From Octopus sinensis (taxonomy: Eukaryota), in contig NC_043009.1 in NCBI RefSeq assembly GCF_006345805.1, forward strand, positions 21,886,001 through 21,950,000: a stretch of DNA of 64,000 bases, given 5' to 3'. The position numbers and the translations under genes were made by a program. Of the stretch, positions 62,096-64,000 are shown piece by piece (position 1 is the first letter of the stretch; every line of letters starts with the position of its first letter). The notes below the pieces were generated by a model. The model did no database searches, was not told the origin of the DNA, and saw only the letters and a list, made by a program, of their open reading frames with translations.

Positions 62096-63089
62096 ACACA
62101 TATGAGTTTTCCAAACATCCTAGGGGGTGAGGCTACACTCATGAAGTATCGAAGAGAGTTCTATGAAAAGCAAAGTTAGATTGTAAGCAGACTTAAATGT
62201 TCTCTAATGATGCACACTTTTATAAAAGGTTTTTAAAAAAGTTTGTTAGCTTCACAGAAAAGGTAAATCCGTCTATAATAATGCAGGTGTAATTTCCAGA
62301 GATATGAGGAGAGATTTTATTCTCAGAGAAGATGAATGTATCCATAATAATGTAGATGTAATTTCCTGATATATGAGGAGAAGATGTTGATCACACTTCT
62401 ATTCATTTCACAAAACTACTATGTTGGAAGAAGAGATTGGCTATATTGGCTAAAAGAAGTCGCAAAAGAAGTCAGTGAAGCAGAAACGGCCCAAATAAGG
62501 ACATTATGGGAGGAAGGGGGTGTAAGTACACAACCTACAAAGTTTAGTTTATTTCTGTGGTGACAGAAAATCTAGGTCAGTGTTGCAGGAATCTAAGATT
62601 TATAATTTATAAGAGAAAATTATTTTTGACCATCATACAGCTATTAACTGCCACTCCTACAGAGTTAATGGCGGGTTAAAGAATATAAAGAGAACAAAAG
62701 AAAGTATCAAAGCAAGCACTAAATCCGGAGAGGTCTGCTCGGGACTTAGTGCTTGCTTTTTCCATGGGTATGAGTAAGTATTTCATATATATCTCACATA
62801 TTTATCGCTGAAGAAGGGAAAATTCTTATGAATTAACCCCGAAATTGGGACCAATACGGTAATAACAGATTTTTTAGAAATTTCTATTGGCTTATTTCGA
62901 GACGCATAAATTATAATGGTGATTGACAATTTTGTCTTTTTTTCGGCATATTTGGCATTAGAATTTTTCTTTTGCCCTAATTTTTTAAATTATTTATAAA
63001 TTTAACCTTTAAAGGTATTTTTTGATATGCTGGCCATTGATAACATTTTTTTCTCTGAAAAATAAAAAAATTTTATCCTACATTAGTTA

Positions 63090-63162
<73 letters not shown>

Positions 63163-63354
63163 ATGTATGTATGTATATATATGTATATATATATATACGA
63201 CAGGCTTCTTTCAGTTTCCATCTACGAAATCCGCTCACAAGGCTTTGGTCAGCCCGAGTGGGACTGAACCCAGAACAATGTGGTTTGTAAGCAGCTACTT
63301 ACCACACAGCTACTCCTGCACCTATGTATATATACATACACACACACACATGTA

Positions 63355-63393
<39 letters not shown>

Positions 63394-63858
63394 GACAGAA
63401 TATAGAGAATGACCAACACTGCTTGTTTGACAGTGACATTCATTTACAACTATCATGTGATATCATGACAAGGAGACACAAACACACACACACATATACA
63501 TACATACATGTATGTATGTGTGGGTTGTATGTACAATGGGATTCTTTCAGTTTCCATCTACCAAATCCACTCACAAGGCTTTGGTTGGCCCGAGGCTATA
63601 GTAGAAGACACTTGCCCAAGGTGCCACGCAGTGGGACTGAACCTGGAACCATGTGGTCGGTAAGCAAGCTACTTTCCACACAACCACTCCTGTGCCTATT
63701 TATATCAGTTTGTATATCACTTTATATTTATATACTTGTTTATATCAGTTTAAAATTTTACCTGAAGATTGTGGTATATATGTTATGATTTAATCTGTGA
63801 ATGCATCAATAAAATTCTACCAGAGCAGCTGTTGTAAATTTTAAACCCTATTTGTGTC

Positions 63859-63894
<36 letters not shown>

Positions 63895-63929
63895 AAATAT
63901 GCCAGAGTGGAAAACCTTGTTCAACTGAC

Positions 63930-64000
63930 CTTTATTGTTTTCATTTTTGAACTTGGGACAAGTTTCACAACAGATCCTTTCAATGTCTCGTTGGTAACAT
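63930..64000 (-). CDS. Partial exon (runs off the right edge), PLAC-like repeat
   Basis: CYQRDIERICCETCPKFKNENNK, then G|gtcagt donor (phase 1); same C..CCxxC pattern as the two downstream exons. Confidence 0.85.

Overview
Eukaryotic genomic DNA, inferred to be Octopus from the gene set, the OK/OR-type SINEs, the RTE 3' tails and the dense microsatellites. Three spliced host genes lie on the minus strand. (1) The first three coding exons of ASNSD1 (3850->116, continuing off the left edge). (2) A complete three-exon NDUFB7 (15856->10441, 128 aa). (3) The last three visible exons of a gene with PLAC-like six-cysteine repeats (64000->49402). The rest is mostly mobile DNA. A Ty3/Gypsy element (5-bp TSD) splits a mariner transposase and itself holds a foldback element and a foreign solo LTR. 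A 17-kb block holds a near full-length Tx1/L1 element, two R4/Dong elements and an RTE element, bounded by trinucleotide microsatellites. There are also four non-autonomous Helitrons and a ~4.2-kb array of an 85-bp unit carrying the octamer ATTTGCAT. The most notable observation is a set of type I hammerhead-ribozyme-like folds of the Penelope/retrozyme kind. Five lie within 1.5 kb (60673-62095) of one intron, from four unrelated sequence families separated by (TA)n tracts. Three have an intact CUGANGA core on the host pre-mRNA strand. Two more degenerate ones occur elsewhere, one inside a tRNA-headed SINE. All folds, alignments and coordinates were read by eye and none were computed.
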